64,000 nt of DNA from Treponema sp. (GTDB lineage Bacteria; Spirochaetota; Spirochaetia; Treponematales; Treponemataceae), in assembly GCA_024402695.1 (NCBI GenBank), contig JAKSTG010000015.1, forward strand, positions 4,142-68,141, in the 5' to 3' direction. The stretch's first letter is position 1; each line of letters begins with the position of its first letter. The notes under the pieces were generated by a model. The model saw only the letters and a program-made list of their open reading frames with translations, was not told where the DNA came from and did not search any database. Below, piece after piece: positions 1 through 8,174 of this stretch. Made by a program: the position numbers and the translations under genes.

Positions 1-677
1 ATCTGACGTTCACTGGTTTCGATTGAGTGAAGGTCATTGTTTACTTTCATCTCTGCCAGGCGGTAACTAGATGAAGTTGTGGCATAGCCCTGTGCTTTGA
101 TCTTTTCAAAAGAAATCTTGTCGCTGTAAAGATTTGTTCTTGAACTTGTAATTGATTCACTTGATTTTAAAAGGGAACGGAGTTCTGAATAGAAACTTTT
201 TTCCGAGCTCTGGGCTTTGGCTTCAATCTGTCTTTTTGCTTCAAGAACTGAATGCAAGGCTTTTGTTTCTGTAAGCTGGCGTTTTTCTTTTTCTGTATTC
301 AGAATATCAATTCCTGCGCTTAAAGAAGCATTTTCAAGATTTGTTGAAGAAGAAATTGTAATGTCGGTATCGGCACTTAAAGTAAAATTGCTGGCTGAAG
401 GAAGAGCTACTTTTACAGAAGGATTTACAGAAAAAGTCCCTGTGCCGTTTACTGTTTTGAAGGTCATGTTGCCCGATGAAAGGGTAATGTCAAAGCCGTT
501 CTGGATCTGTGACTTTTCATTTGAAAGTTCTGCTTTCTGAAGACTTATGGCAGCGCTTTTAAGATCCCGGTCGTTTTCAAGCCAGCCTGTAAGGTAGTCT
601 GTCAGTGTCTTTGATTCTGCAAAAAGCAGGGGAGTTGAAATCAGTATGGCTGTTAATAATAAAATGCTTTTTTTCAT
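1..677 (-). CDS. TolC-like outer membrane efflux protein, N-terminal part (3' end runs off the window)
   Basis: Absent from the ORF track because no stop lies inside the window. A hand check of the minus frame from the ATG (675-677) down to position 3 found no in-frame stop. It starts MKKSILLLTAILISTPLLFAES (signal peptide), followed by LENDRDLKSAAISLQKAEL-type helical repeats typical of outer membrane efflux proteins. Confidence 0.6.
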   Translation of the reverse strand, partial: MKKSILLLTAILISTPLLFAESKTLTDYLTGWLENDRDLKSAAISLQKAELSNEKSQIQNGFDITLSSGNMTFKTVNGTGTFSVNPSVKVALPSASNFTLSADTDITISSSTNLENASLSAGIDILNTEKEKRQLTETKALHSVLEAKRQIEAKAQSSEKSFYSELRSLLKSSESITSSRTNLYSDKISFEKIKAQGYATTSSSYRLAEMKVNNDLHSIETSERQ

Positions 678-718
678 AACTTTTCCTTCTGCCTAAATAA
701 TATCAGTATATCCCGATT

Positions 719-762
719 GAAAAAAGTGAAGCTGCAGGCTCCAGTAGTTTTGGAACCTGCAG
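719..762 (-). terminator. hairpin plus T-run downstream of the 773..1270 gene
   Basis: GCTGCAGGCTCC (731-742) pairs with GGAACCTGCAG (752-762). On the minus strand the stem is followed by CTTCACTTTTTT. Confidence 0.4.
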
Positions 763-772
763 TTTAATTCAG

Positions 773-1270
773 CTACTTGTTTTTTACAAAAACCCTTGCA
801 ACAACTTTCCTTTCTGTTTCAGTTTTGAAAACCGAGAACAGAACCCAGTCTCCTTTTTGGATATCTGAAACTGTTTTTCCTTCTTTTGGTGTTTCTTTAG
901 AATTGTCGGCAACAAAAATCTTTGTAAAAGGACAGATGATTACAGTTGTTTCTTTTCCGTCTGCGTCTGCAATTTTCATTGTCCCGTTCTTTTCGTCAAC
1001 AGAAGAAACCTGTCCGATCAGGGCATCCTTGAAAGGACCTTTTCTGTTTCTGTCCATTCCAGGGTGCATTTCATAACCATTTTTACCTGGTTTCATGTCA
1101 GGACGTTTTTCAAAGCGCTTTTCAGATTTAGGCATTTCAGGTCCTTTTTCAAATCCAGGTCTCGACTTATGAGCTTCAGACATTCTGCTTTTGCCGCTGG
1201 CGAATACAGATCCTGTTCCAATAGTTACTGCAATTGCAGCACAAAGTAAAGTTTTTGTAAGTCTTTTCAT
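773..1270 (-). CDS. hypothetical secreted protein
   Basis: 165-aa ORF with N-terminal signal peptide MKRLTKTLLCAAIAVTIGTGSVFA. The N-terminal half is charged and K/P/E-rich. No family recognised. Confidence 0.7.
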   Translation of the reverse strand: MKRLTKTLLCAAIAVTIGTGSVFASGKSRMSEAHKSRPGFEKGPEMPKSEKRFEKRPDMKPGKNGYEMHPGMDRNRKGPFKDALIGQVSSVDEKNGTMKIADADGKETTVIICPFTKIFVADNSKETPKEGKTVSDIQKGDWVLFSVFKTETERKVVARVFVKNK

Positions 1271-1450
1271 TTTCGTTCTCCTGAAAATAGTTTTTTGAAG
1301 GTTTATGGTTTAGCCTTACGATACTAAACATACTACCGGCGAGGTAATTTAACATTAAAGGTTTCTTAATTAATTCTTAGAAAACACTAAGGAAAAAAAT
1401 CTTTTGAAGAAGTAGATTTGGTATTACAATTATTGAAGGAAAATCAGGTA

Positions 1451-1951
1451 ATGAAGAAATTATTTATCAATATTGTTTTATTTTTCTCCGCTGTTTTCTT
1501 GTTTGCGGCACCACCTTTGCCTCCAGGACCACCGCCTCCTGATCGTCCTAGGGTAAATAAAAACCACAAGAATTTTAACGGCAAGCGTTTTCCTTACGAA
1601 GATATGGAATTCAAATCGGTTATAATCAGAACCTTTGACATTTCTGATATGATTTTATTGGAGGTGCTGTTTAATAATCCTATTGATTCCAACAGTATCA
1701 CTTCGGAAAGCATTCAGATTGATTGTGAACCGGTGGACCTGAATCAGCTTAGGTTTTCAAAAACAAGACAGTCTTTTCGTTATCTTTTCCCAAAAAGTTC
1801 TTTGAAAAACGGCAACGAAAGTTTTATGTTTGAAATTAAAAATATTAAATCCGTTGGCGGAAAAGAAATAGCTTCTGTTGAACTGAAAGATTGTGCTGTT
1901 GCTTCTGAATACAGGTTTTCAGAAAGGGAGAAGACATGGAAAAAATTCTGA
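1451..1951 (+). CDS. hypothetical secreted proline-rich protein, coupled to the two-component system
   Basis: I prefer the ATG at 1451 (MKKLFINIVLFFSAVFLFAAPPLPPGPPPP) with AAGGA about 12 nt upstream, over the TTG at 1418 in the track. Its 3' end overlaps the response regulator start by 16 nt. Confidence 0.65.
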   Translation: MKKLFINIVLFFSAVFLFAAPPLPPGPPPPDRPRVNKNHKNFNGKRFPYEDMEFKSVIIRTFDISDMILLEVLFNNPIDSNSITSESIQIDCEPVDLNQLRFSKTRQSFRYLFPKSSLKNGNESFMFEIKNIKSVGGKEIASVELKDCAVASEYRFSEREKTWKKF

Positions 1952-2613
1952 TTGTAGAAGACGATAAAACAGTTCTGGATTTTGAAAAGAAGGAACTGGA
2001 ACACGAAGGATATAATGTAATTACTGCAGAAAACGGACGTCAGGCCCTGGAACTTTTTGAGTCAGAAAACCCTGATTTTGTTCTGCTTGATATAATGATT
2101 CCTGAACTGAACGGAATTGAAGTGCTCAGAAGAATCAGAAAACAGTCGGAAGTGCCTGTTATTCTGGTGACTGCAAAAGGTGAAGTTTACGACAAGGTAA
2201 ATGGACTCAGCGCAGGCGCTGATGATTATATTTCAAAGCCTTTTGCCATTGAAGAACTTCTTGCAAGAATTTCTTCTGTCCTTCGCCGTACAAGAGTGAA
2301 TGCCGCTCCTTCGCCTGTGCTAAGAAACGGGGAACTAGAATTGAATACACAGACAATCCTTCTTGCTGTAAAAGAGAACAGCTATTCTTTGTCAAAAATC
2401 GAATTCATGCTTCTTAAATTTTTCCTTGAAAACAAAGATACTGCTTTAAGCAGAAGTCAGATAATTGATGCCGTCTGGGGTAAAGATTATTTCATCGAAG
2501 AAGGCACTGTTGATGTTTATGTAAATTATCTTCGCGGAAAAATCGACCAGCCTCTTAAAGAAGAATACATAAAAACAGTCCGTGGAATCGGCTATATGAT
2601 GGTGAGTAAGTAA
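1936..2613 (+). CDS. OmpR-family response regulator
   Basis: Receiver domain (LLDIMIPELNG, KPF) followed by a winged-helix trans_reg_C end (VDVYVNYLRGKI...VRGIGY). Confidence 0.93.
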   Translation: MEKILIVEDDKTVLDFEKKELEHEGYNVITAENGRQALELFESENPDFVLLDIMIPELNGIEVLRRIRKQSEVPVILVTAKGEVYDKVNGLSAGADDYISKPFAIEELLARISSVLRRTRVNAAPSPVLRNGELELNTQTILLAVKENSYSLSKIEFMLLKFFLENKDTALSRSQIIDAVWGKDYFIEEGTVDVYVNYLRGKIDQPLKEEYIKTVRGIGYMMVSK

Positions 2614-3962
2614 TGAAAAAAACTCTGGCACTCCGTCTTTCCATTAAGTTCATGATTTTCGTTGCCGCAATCGTAATGCTTGTGGCTATGGTTTTTGTAT
2701 TTGCACTTAGACTTTCCATTCGGGAAAAGCAAAGCTCGGCTTTGAAGCGGAATGCAGAAATCCTTTGCCAGGAAATTGAAACTCAGGAAAACCCTGTTAT
2801 AGAAACTCTGGATCTTGATTACTTTGTTTCCTATACGGTCTTTGATGATGCGGGCCAGATCTATTATACAAACGATTCTCTCCTTCCGGAATTGAAACTG
2901 ACCGATGGGAAAGTTGTAAGATATTTTCAGAAGAACTTTTTCTTCGACGGTGACCTGAATCTTCTTTACTGTTCGGTAAGAACTTCATCAGAAATTGTCC
3001 CGGCACTTACAGTTCAGGTTTCCATTGATATCGCTCAGGACGCTTCAATCCAGATGATAAACACTTTGCCAAAGGTTGCAGCAATTGCAATCATCCCGAT
3101 TTTGCTGATTTCCTTCCTGCTTTCTTTCCTTATTTCAAAAAGAACTCTTAAGCCGGTTCAGGCAATGACAGACTCGGCACAGGTCATTTACGGAACAAAT
3201 CTTGAGACTCTTCTGCCGGTAAGCAAAAATCATGATGAACTGGATGTGCTGGCAGAAACTTTCAATCACCTTTTTGAAGATCTGAAAAAAGATTTTGAAA
3301 GAGAAACACGGTTCACCAGCGATGTTTCCCATGAACTTAAAACTCCTGTTGCGGGAATCCTTGGTCAGGCAAAGCTGATTCAGCGCTGGGGAAAAGACGA
3401 TAAAAAACAGCTTGAAGAATCAATCGAAATGATTATCAATGAAGCCAATTCCATGAATTCAATAATCACAAATCTTCTTCAGGCTTCCAAACTGGAAAAA
3501 GGAATCATCAAACCGAATCTTTCTGATGTGAATATGTGGGGACTTTTTTCCCGTATCAAAAATGAGTTTGCCGTAATCTCGCCTGATGCAGAAATCCTTT
3601 TTGATGATAACCTGAGCGTAAATTTAAAGACAGATATGGAACTGCTTCATCAGGTTATGACAGCCGCAGTTTCAAACAGTCTGAAGTTCGGCGCAAAGGT
3701 TGTGGAATTTTCTGCCTGTGCAGAAAATCAGAAGGGAAATGTCGAAATCAAGATTTCAGACAACGGGCCTGGCTTTGATGAAGAAAGTCTGCCTCATGTT
3801 TTTGAAAGATTTTTCAGAAGTGATAAGGCTCATACAAGATCAGCGGGCGGAGCGGGACTTGGGCTTTCAATTTCGGCAACAATCATTTCAACTCTGGGCG
3901 GTAAGATCAAAGCACAGAACTGCCAGAATCATACCGGAGCTGAAATAATCATTACTCTTTAG
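2613..3962 (+). CDS. sensor histidine kinase (2 TM, HAMP, HisKA, HATPase_c)
   Basis: H-box SHELKTPV. The G-box region is DNGPGF...GGAGLGLSI. The start codon overlaps the regulator stop. Confidence 0.92.
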   Translation: MKKTLALRLSIKFMIFVAAIVMLVAMVFVFALRLSIREKQSSALKRNAEILCQEIETQENPVIETLDLDYFVSYTVFDDAGQIYYTNDSLLPELKLTDGKVVRYFQKNFFFDGDLNLLYCSVRTSSEIVPALTVQVSIDIAQDASIQMINTLPKVAAIAIIPILLISFLLSFLISKRTLKPVQAMTDSAQVIYGTNLETLLPVSKNHDELDVLAETFNHLFEDLKKDFERETRFTSDVSHELKTPVAGILGQAKLIQRWGKDDKKQLEESIEMIINEANSMNSIITNLLQASKLEKGIIKPNLSDVNMWGLFSRIKNEFAVISPDAEILFDDNLSVNLKTDMELLHQVMTAAVSNSLKFGAKVVEFSACAENQKGNVEIKISDNGPGFDEESLPHVFERFFRSDKAHTRSAGGAGLGLSISATIISTLGGKIKAQNCQNHTGAEIIITL

Positions 3963-3980
3963 AATTTTAAAATCTCAAAA

Positions 3981-4784
3981 TTACTGCAGAAGCATTTTGT
4001 CAGAGTTCAAAGAAGTCTTCTTGATTGCTCTGAACTTTTCAACAATGTCATCCATTGTGAGCTTTTCTTTTTCTTCCTGACCGATATCCAGAATGATTTC
4101 ACCGCCGTCCATCATGAGAAGACGGGTTCCGTAATCCAGAGCATGCTGCATGTTGTGGGTAACCATCATTACAGTCAGGTTATATTCCTTTGCAAATTTG
4201 CGGGTCAGTTCCATGATGATTGCCGCATTTGTCGGGTCCAGGGCTGCTGTGTGTTCATCAAGAAGAAGCAGGTCCGGCTTACTCATGACAGCCATAAGAA
4301 GTGTTAATGCCTGACGCTGTCCGCCAGAGAACTGTTCAACGTTGTCTTTAAGACGGTTTTCAAGCCCCATGTTCAGAACCGAAAGCTGGGCTCGGAATTC
4401 TTCGCGGAGCTTGTTGTTCAGACTGATTTTCAATCCTTTGAAACCTTTCTTTGAGGCAATGACCATGTTATCTTCAAGGGTCATTTTTCCGGCTGTTCCA
4501 AGAAGAGGATTCTGGAAGATACGGCCTATGTAGGCGGCGCGTTTGTATTCTTTTTCTTTTGTGATGTTCTTTACGCCGTCTTCTGTATCAAGAAGAATCT
4601 TTCCTGAAGTAGGCGAGTAGGTTCCCGCAATGATGTTGTACAGGGTTGATTTTCCGGCTCCGTTGGAACCGATGACTGTAATGAAATCACCTTTGTTGAT
4701 TTTCAGGTTGATGTTTTTAAGAGCGTGGTTTTCGTCTGGTGTATTCTTGTTGAAGATGATGTCGATGTTTTCAAGTGTAAGCAT
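3981..4784 (-). CDS. ABC transporter ATP-binding protein (COG1101-type, uncharacterised importer)
   Basis: Walker A GSNGAGKST, signature FSGGQRQ, Walker B LLLLDEHTAALD. Confidence 0.92.
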   Translation of the reverse strand: MLTLENIDIIFNKNTPDENHALKNINLKINKGDFITVIGSNGAGKSTLYNIIAGTYSPTSGKILLDTEDGVKNITKEKEYKRAAYIGRIFQNPLLGTAGKMTLEDNMVIASKKGFKGLKISLNNKLREEFRAQLSVLNMGLENRLKDNVEQFSGGQRQALTLLMAVMSKPDLLLLDEHTAALDPTNAAIIMELTRKFAKEYNLTVMMVTHNMQHALDYGTRLLMMDGGEIILDIGQEEKEKLTMDDIVEKFRAIKKTSLNSDKMLLQ

Positions 4785-5749
4785 TATCTGGCCTCCTTTG
4801 AAGCGGCGGCTTCTTTTCGAGCCTTCTGTTTTTCACGGATTCTGTCACCAAGATTTGTGCGGGTAATAATCAGACAGATGATGATGAGGACACCAGTAAT
4901 GAGCTTCAGGTCGTTTGGAGTCATGTGGATTTTGTAGCCGTAGCTGCGGGCTAGCATCATAAGGGCACGGTAAATGATTGAGCCGATTAAAACGCGGAGA
5001 GTCTGCAGTCTGATTTTGTTTGAGTGGATGATGAATTCACCAAGCATAAGGGAAGCAAGTCCTGAGACTACAACGCCGGTTCCCATTCCTACGTCGGCGA
5101 AGCCGTTGTACATGGCGGCGAAAGCACCAGCCAGGGCCGCAAGTCCGTTACTGAAGCAGATTCCTATTCCACGGATAATGTCCGGGTTTACGCCCTGACT
5201 TACAATCAACTGGGGATTTGATCCCAAAGCGCCCATTGTGAGCCCCAGGTCTGTGTGGAAAAGCAGGTCCAAAATCAGCTTCAGAATAATGATGAAGGCA
5301 ACCATGAAAAGAACGATACCAATCTGGGAATCAAGATTTGAAATGAAGTCGGAACTTGAAGAAGAGAAGGTGTCGTAGAAGAAATTATCCAGCTTTGAAA
5401 AAAGTGTGTCGATTTTCAGAAATGATGTATTTGCCTTGTTGGACATGATGCGCAGGTTTACGGAATAAAGCATTGTCATTGTAAGAATACCTGAAAGCAG
5501 GTCCGGGATTCGGAGCTTTGTGTAAATCAGGGTTGTTACGAGCCCTGCAATAAGGCCTGCGCCAAAAGCAATAAGAAGGGCAGGGAATACTGGCATTCCG
5601 TGAGTAAGGCATGCAGCCAGTACACAGGCTCCCATCGGGAAGGAACCGTCAACGGTCATGTCACAGAAATTAAGTACGCGGAAAGTGATAAAGGTTCCAA
5701 GAACCATCATTCCGTAAATCAAACCTTCTATAATAATCGATGAAATCAT
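4784..5749 (-). CDS. ABC transporter permease (COG4120-type)
   Basis: 321-aa polytopic membrane protein. The ATGA overlap with the ATPase gene indicates translational coupling. Confidence 0.88.
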   Translation of the reverse strand: MISSIIIEGLIYGMMVLGTFITFRVLNFCDMTVDGSFPMGACVLAACLTHGMPVFPALLIAFGAGLIAGLVTTLIYTKLRIPDLLSGILTMTMLYSVNLRIMSNKANTSFLKIDTLFSKLDNFFYDTFSSSSSDFISNLDSQIGIVLFMVAFIIILKLILDLLFHTDLGLTMGALGSNPQLIVSQGVNPDIIRGIGICFSNGLAALAGAFAAMYNGFADVGMGTGVVVSGLASLMLGEFIIHSNKIRLQTLRVLIGSIIYRALMMLARSYGYKIHMTPNDLKLITGVLIIICLIITRTNLGDRIREKQKARKEAAASKEAR

Positions 5750-5770
5750 ATAAACATTTCCTTAAAACTC

Positions 5771-5865
5771 GAATGAAAATCGGGTCCCAGCGACGGCAAA
5801 AATGTGGGTACCCCCTCCCATAGGGCTCCGCTCCCCCATTTTTGCCTGCGTCCCGGTTTTCATTC
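5771..5865. repeat. long imperfect palindromic element A
   Basis: The left arm GAATGAAAATCGGGTCCCAGCGACGGCAAAAATG (5771-5804) pairs with the right arm CATTTTTGCCTGCGTCCCGGTTTTCATTC (5837-5865). It shares the CGGGTCCCAGC and CGGGACGCAG modules with element B at 17099-17211, in the opposite orientation. Confidence 0.75.
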
Positions 5866-5880
5866 TTTCATATATCAAAT

Positions 5881-5902
5881 GGTCCTTGAGATTGTCGAAG
5901 GA
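5881..5902 (+). repeat. left copy of a ~22-bp direct repeat flanking the TA cassette
   Basis: GGTCCTTGAGATTGTCGAAGGA here versus GGTCCCTGAGCTTGTCGAAGGG at 6959-6980 (19 of 22 identical, same orientation). Both copies are preceded by CAAATGG (5876 and 6938). Confidence 0.7.
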
Positions 5903-5973
5903 AGTCTTTGATTCGAAAAACTTTATAAATTATAACATACTTTTGTTTCTATATATAGTAATTATTTTGAGGT

Positions 5974-6002
5974 TTGACGGTGGTGATTTGATATGGTATA
6001 TT
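5974..6002 (+). promoter_or_regulatory. sigma70-like promoter with no downstream CDS
   Basis: TTGACG (5974-5979), 17-nt spacer, TATATT (5997-6002). Confidence 0.5.
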
Positions 6003-6008
6003 GAAAGC

Positions 6009-6094
6009 GAAGGAAATGCCCTTTCGGGGTTATCTCCACATTGTGATGATAAAGCCGTCCAACGTGTGTCAAACTTGGGGCGGCTTTACTTTTT
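6009..6094 (+). ncRNA. candidate small RNA (~86 nt) bounded by a promoter and an intrinsic terminator
   Basis: The transcript would start about 7 nt after the -10. The terminator stem is AAAGCCGTCC (6051-6060) with GGGGCGGCTTT (6077-6087), followed by ACTTTTT. There is no upstream plus-strand gene to terminate. It did not match any RNA family I could recall. Confidence 0.35.
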
Positions 6095-6112
6095 AACTCT
6101 TCTTATTTTTAT

Positions 6113-6163
6113 TTAGTCAACTTGACTAACTTTATTGACAGATTAATCTTTGCGTCCTATACT
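6113..6163 (+). promoter_or_regulatory. TA operon promoter with palindromic operator candidates
   Basis: TTGACA (6135-6140), 17-nt spacer, TATACT (6158-6163). The perfect palindrome TTAGTCAA-C-TTGACTAA (6113-6129) abuts the -35. The (G)ACTAA half-site recurs at 6161-6165 and 6180-6185. Confidence 0.6.
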
Positions 6164-6207
6164 AATTCTTGGTCAGTATGACTAAGTTTATGTAAACGAG
6201 GTGAGCT

Positions 6208-6456
6208 ATGTGCCAGATGAATGTGCTGGAAGCAAAGACAAACTTTTCAAAACTTTTGATGCTTCTGGAAAATAAAGAAGAAAATGAAGTTATTATTTGC
6301 AAAAATAATAAACCTGTTGCCAGAATGACTCTGATTCCACAAACAGATCGGGCAAAGGCTTTTGGTATTGCGGCGGGGAAATATGTTATTCCAGACGATT
6401 TTGATGATGAAGATCCTTTGATCAACGCAATGTTTTATGGCGGGGAGGATTTCTAA
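6208..6456 (+). CDS. type II antitoxin, Phd/YefM family
   Basis: The 82-aa protein contains MNVLEAKTNFSKLL...ICKNNKPVARM, typical of prevent-host-death antitoxins. The GAGGTGA RBS lies 5 nt upstream. Confidence 0.85.
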   Translation: MCQMNVLEAKTNFSKLLMLLENKEENEVIICKNNKPVARMTLIPQTDRAKAFGIAAGKYVIPDDFDDEDPLINAMFYGGEDF

Positions 6457-6457
6457 T

Positions 6458-6856
6458 ATGGATTTATTAGTAGATACACATATTGTTTTGTGGTATTTTT
6501 TTGAACCCGAAAAACTATCACCTAAATTGAAATCAATCCTTACAGACAACAATAACACAATTTATTACAGCATAGTTTCTATGTGGGAAGTGGCTATAAA
6601 ACATAAAACCGGTAAGCTTGGGCCTTCCGGCACTGAATTCATGCATTACTGTGAACAGGCAGGATTCAAAAAGCTTCCTTTTGATGACCGTCATGTGGTG
6701 GCATTGGAAACACTGGAAAAGAAACCTGAAACACCGCCTCATAATGATCCTTTTGACCAGGGGCTTCTGGCTCAGGCTAAGGCAGACTGCCTGATGCTTT
6801 TAAGTCATGACCACAAGTTTGCCTATTACGATGAACCGTATATAACTATAGTGTAA
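6458..6856 (+). CDS. vapC: PIN-domain toxin (VapC-like, COG3744 type)
   Basis: I prefer the ATG at 6458, one nt after the antitoxin stop, with a GGAGGA RBS. The protein starts MDLLVDTHIVLWY and contains SMWEVAIK and HNDPFDQGLLAQA, the acidic PIN motifs. Confidence 0.85.
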   Translation: MDLLVDTHIVLWYFFEPEKLSPKLKSILTDNNNTIYYSIVSMWEVAIKHKTGKLGPSGTEFMHYCEQAGFKKLPFDDRHVVALETLEKKPETPPHNDPFDQGLLAQAKADCLMLLSHDHKFAYYDEPYITIV

Positions 6857-6898
6857 CAGCAAGTTTCAGGAACTTTATATTGATTTGTACATTTCAAA

Positions 6899-6930
6899 GA
6901 AAAAGAGGTGTCCGCTTGGACACCTCTTTG
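6899..6930. terminator. bidirectional intrinsic terminator between convergent vapC and the SBP gene
   Basis: The stem AAAGAGGTGTCC (6901-6912) pairs with GGACACCTCTTT (6917-6928) across a GCTT loop. Both strands have T-rich tracts after the stem. Confidence 0.7.
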
Positions 6931-6937
6931 TTATTTA

Positions 6938-6995
6938 ACAAATGGCCCCTGAGCTTGCGGTCCCTGAGCTTGTCGAAGGGTCGAAGGGCCCATTT
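6938..6995. repeat. composite GC-rich palindromic module (right boundary of the TA cassette)
   Basis: Sequence CAAATGGCCCCTGAGCTTGCGGTCCCTGAGCTTGTCGAAGGGTCGAAGGGCCCATTTG. The outer arms CAAATGGCCC and GGGCCCATTTG pair. Internally, CCTGAGCTTG and TCGAAGGG are each duplicated. Confidence 0.75.
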
Positions 6996-7019
6996 GATTA
7001 GGGCTGTTTTTATTTCAGC

Positions 7020-8012
7020 TTATTTTTCTGTCAGCACACCGTTTTCAAATACCAGGTTTGCCATGTTCAGGTATTTTGCGTCAAGCTTGATTCCAAGAGC
7101 TTTGAAAACGTCCAGGTCTACCAGGAAGTCTGAGTCGCTAGGGTCTGTCATGAAGCGAACAGGCATTTCAGAAGGTTTCTTTCCGTTCAGAATCTGAACA
7201 ACCATTTCACCTGTTGCACGGCCTGCTTTGTAGTAGTTGAATCCGCTTGCAAGAGCGATTCCACCAGCTTTTGCACCAGTTACGTCTCCAGAGAAGATAG
7301 GTTTCTTTGCTTTTCCGAATACGTTTACAAGGGCAGGAAGGGCAGAGAATACTGTGTTGTCTGTTGAAAGGTAGATACCGTCAACGCGGTCAACGATTGC
7401 TTCTGCGGCAGCCTTAACTTCGTCTGATTTTGTGATGCTCTGTGTTACAAGAGCGATACCGGCCTGTTCACAGCCTTTTTTTACCAGTTCCAGAGCTGAA
7501 GCAGAGTTGTCTTCAGATGATGTGTAGATATATCCGAGAGTTTTGATTCCGCAGATTTCTTTGAAAAGGGCGATGTGCTGTTCTGTTGGAATAGCGTCTG
7601 ACATACCTGTAACGTTTCTTTCACCGTGTTCCAGAGTTGAAACAAGTCCTGCTCCGAGTGGGTCAGTTACTGTACCGAAAACGATAGGGATGTTTTTCAT
7701 TGTGTTTGCCATAGCAAGGGCAACAGGAGTTGCAATACCAACTGCTACATCAACTTTTTCTGATTTGTACTGGGCTGCAATCTGAGCGGCAGTTCCTACG
7801 TCTCCGTTGGCATTCTGAAGGTCGTATTCAGCATCGATTCCGGCATCTTTGATTGCGTCCATAACGCCCCGTTCAACATCATCAAGGGCAACGTGCTGAA
7901 CGATTTTTGCAATACCGATTTTTACTTTCTTTGCCTTTTTAGGTTTGGCAAAAGCTGTAGTTGTAAGAAGGGCAGCCATAAGGCTTAATGCGATAATTTT
8001 TTTCATATTCAT
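7020..8012 (-). CDS. ABC transporter substrate-binding protein (ABC_sub_bind / COG2984 type)
   Basis: The 330-aa protein has the signal peptide MNMKKIIALSLMAALLTTTAFA. This family normally sits in one operon with the COG4120 permease and COG1101 ATPase found at 3981-5749. Confidence 0.88.
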   Translation of the reverse strand: MNMKKIIALSLMAALLTTTAFAKPKKAKKVKIGIAKIVQHVALDDVERGVMDAIKDAGIDAEYDLQNANGDVGTAAQIAAQYKSEKVDVAVGIATPVALAMANTMKNIPIVFGTVTDPLGAGLVSTLEHGERNVTGMSDAIPTEQHIALFKEICGIKTLGYIYTSSEDNSASALELVKKGCEQAGIALVTQSITKSDEVKAAAEAIVDRVDGIYLSTDNTVFSALPALVNVFGKAKKPIFSGDVTGAKAGGIALASGFNYYKAGRATGEMVVQILNGKKPSEMPVRFMTDPSDSDFLVDLDVFKALGIKLDAKYLNMANLVFENGVLTEK

Positions 8013-8103
8013 TTCCTCTTTGTTTTATGTTTCTATTTATAGTAACACGTTACTACTGATAGTAACATTTGTCAAGGGAATTCTGAAAAGAATTTTCGGT
8101 AAG

Positions 8104-8141
8104 ACAAAAAAAAGCGGCTTGCAGAACTGCAAACCGCTTTT
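8104..8141 (-). terminator. intrinsic terminator of the 8175..9335 gene
   Basis: AGCGGCTTGCAG pairs with CTGCAAACCGCT (one mismatch). On the minus strand the stem is followed by an 8-T run. Confidence 0.7.
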
Positions 8142-8174
8142 TTGTATCTGATTATTTCTTAATCAGAATACAGT

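Noticed and set aside
5802-6116. The 104-aa plus-strand ORF across the permease/TA intergenic region.
   Set aside because: It runs through palindromic element A, the direct-repeat module, and the promoter and terminator of the sRNA candidate. It has no RBS and an implausible composition.
8041-8075. GTAAC-AC-GTTAC palindrome and repeated TAGTAACA upstream of the binding-protein gene, with a minus-strand TTGACA at 8070-8075.
   Set aside because: It is plausibly a promoter/operator, but no acceptable -10 lies at the right spacing and no regulator is encoded nearby. The evidence is too weak to call.
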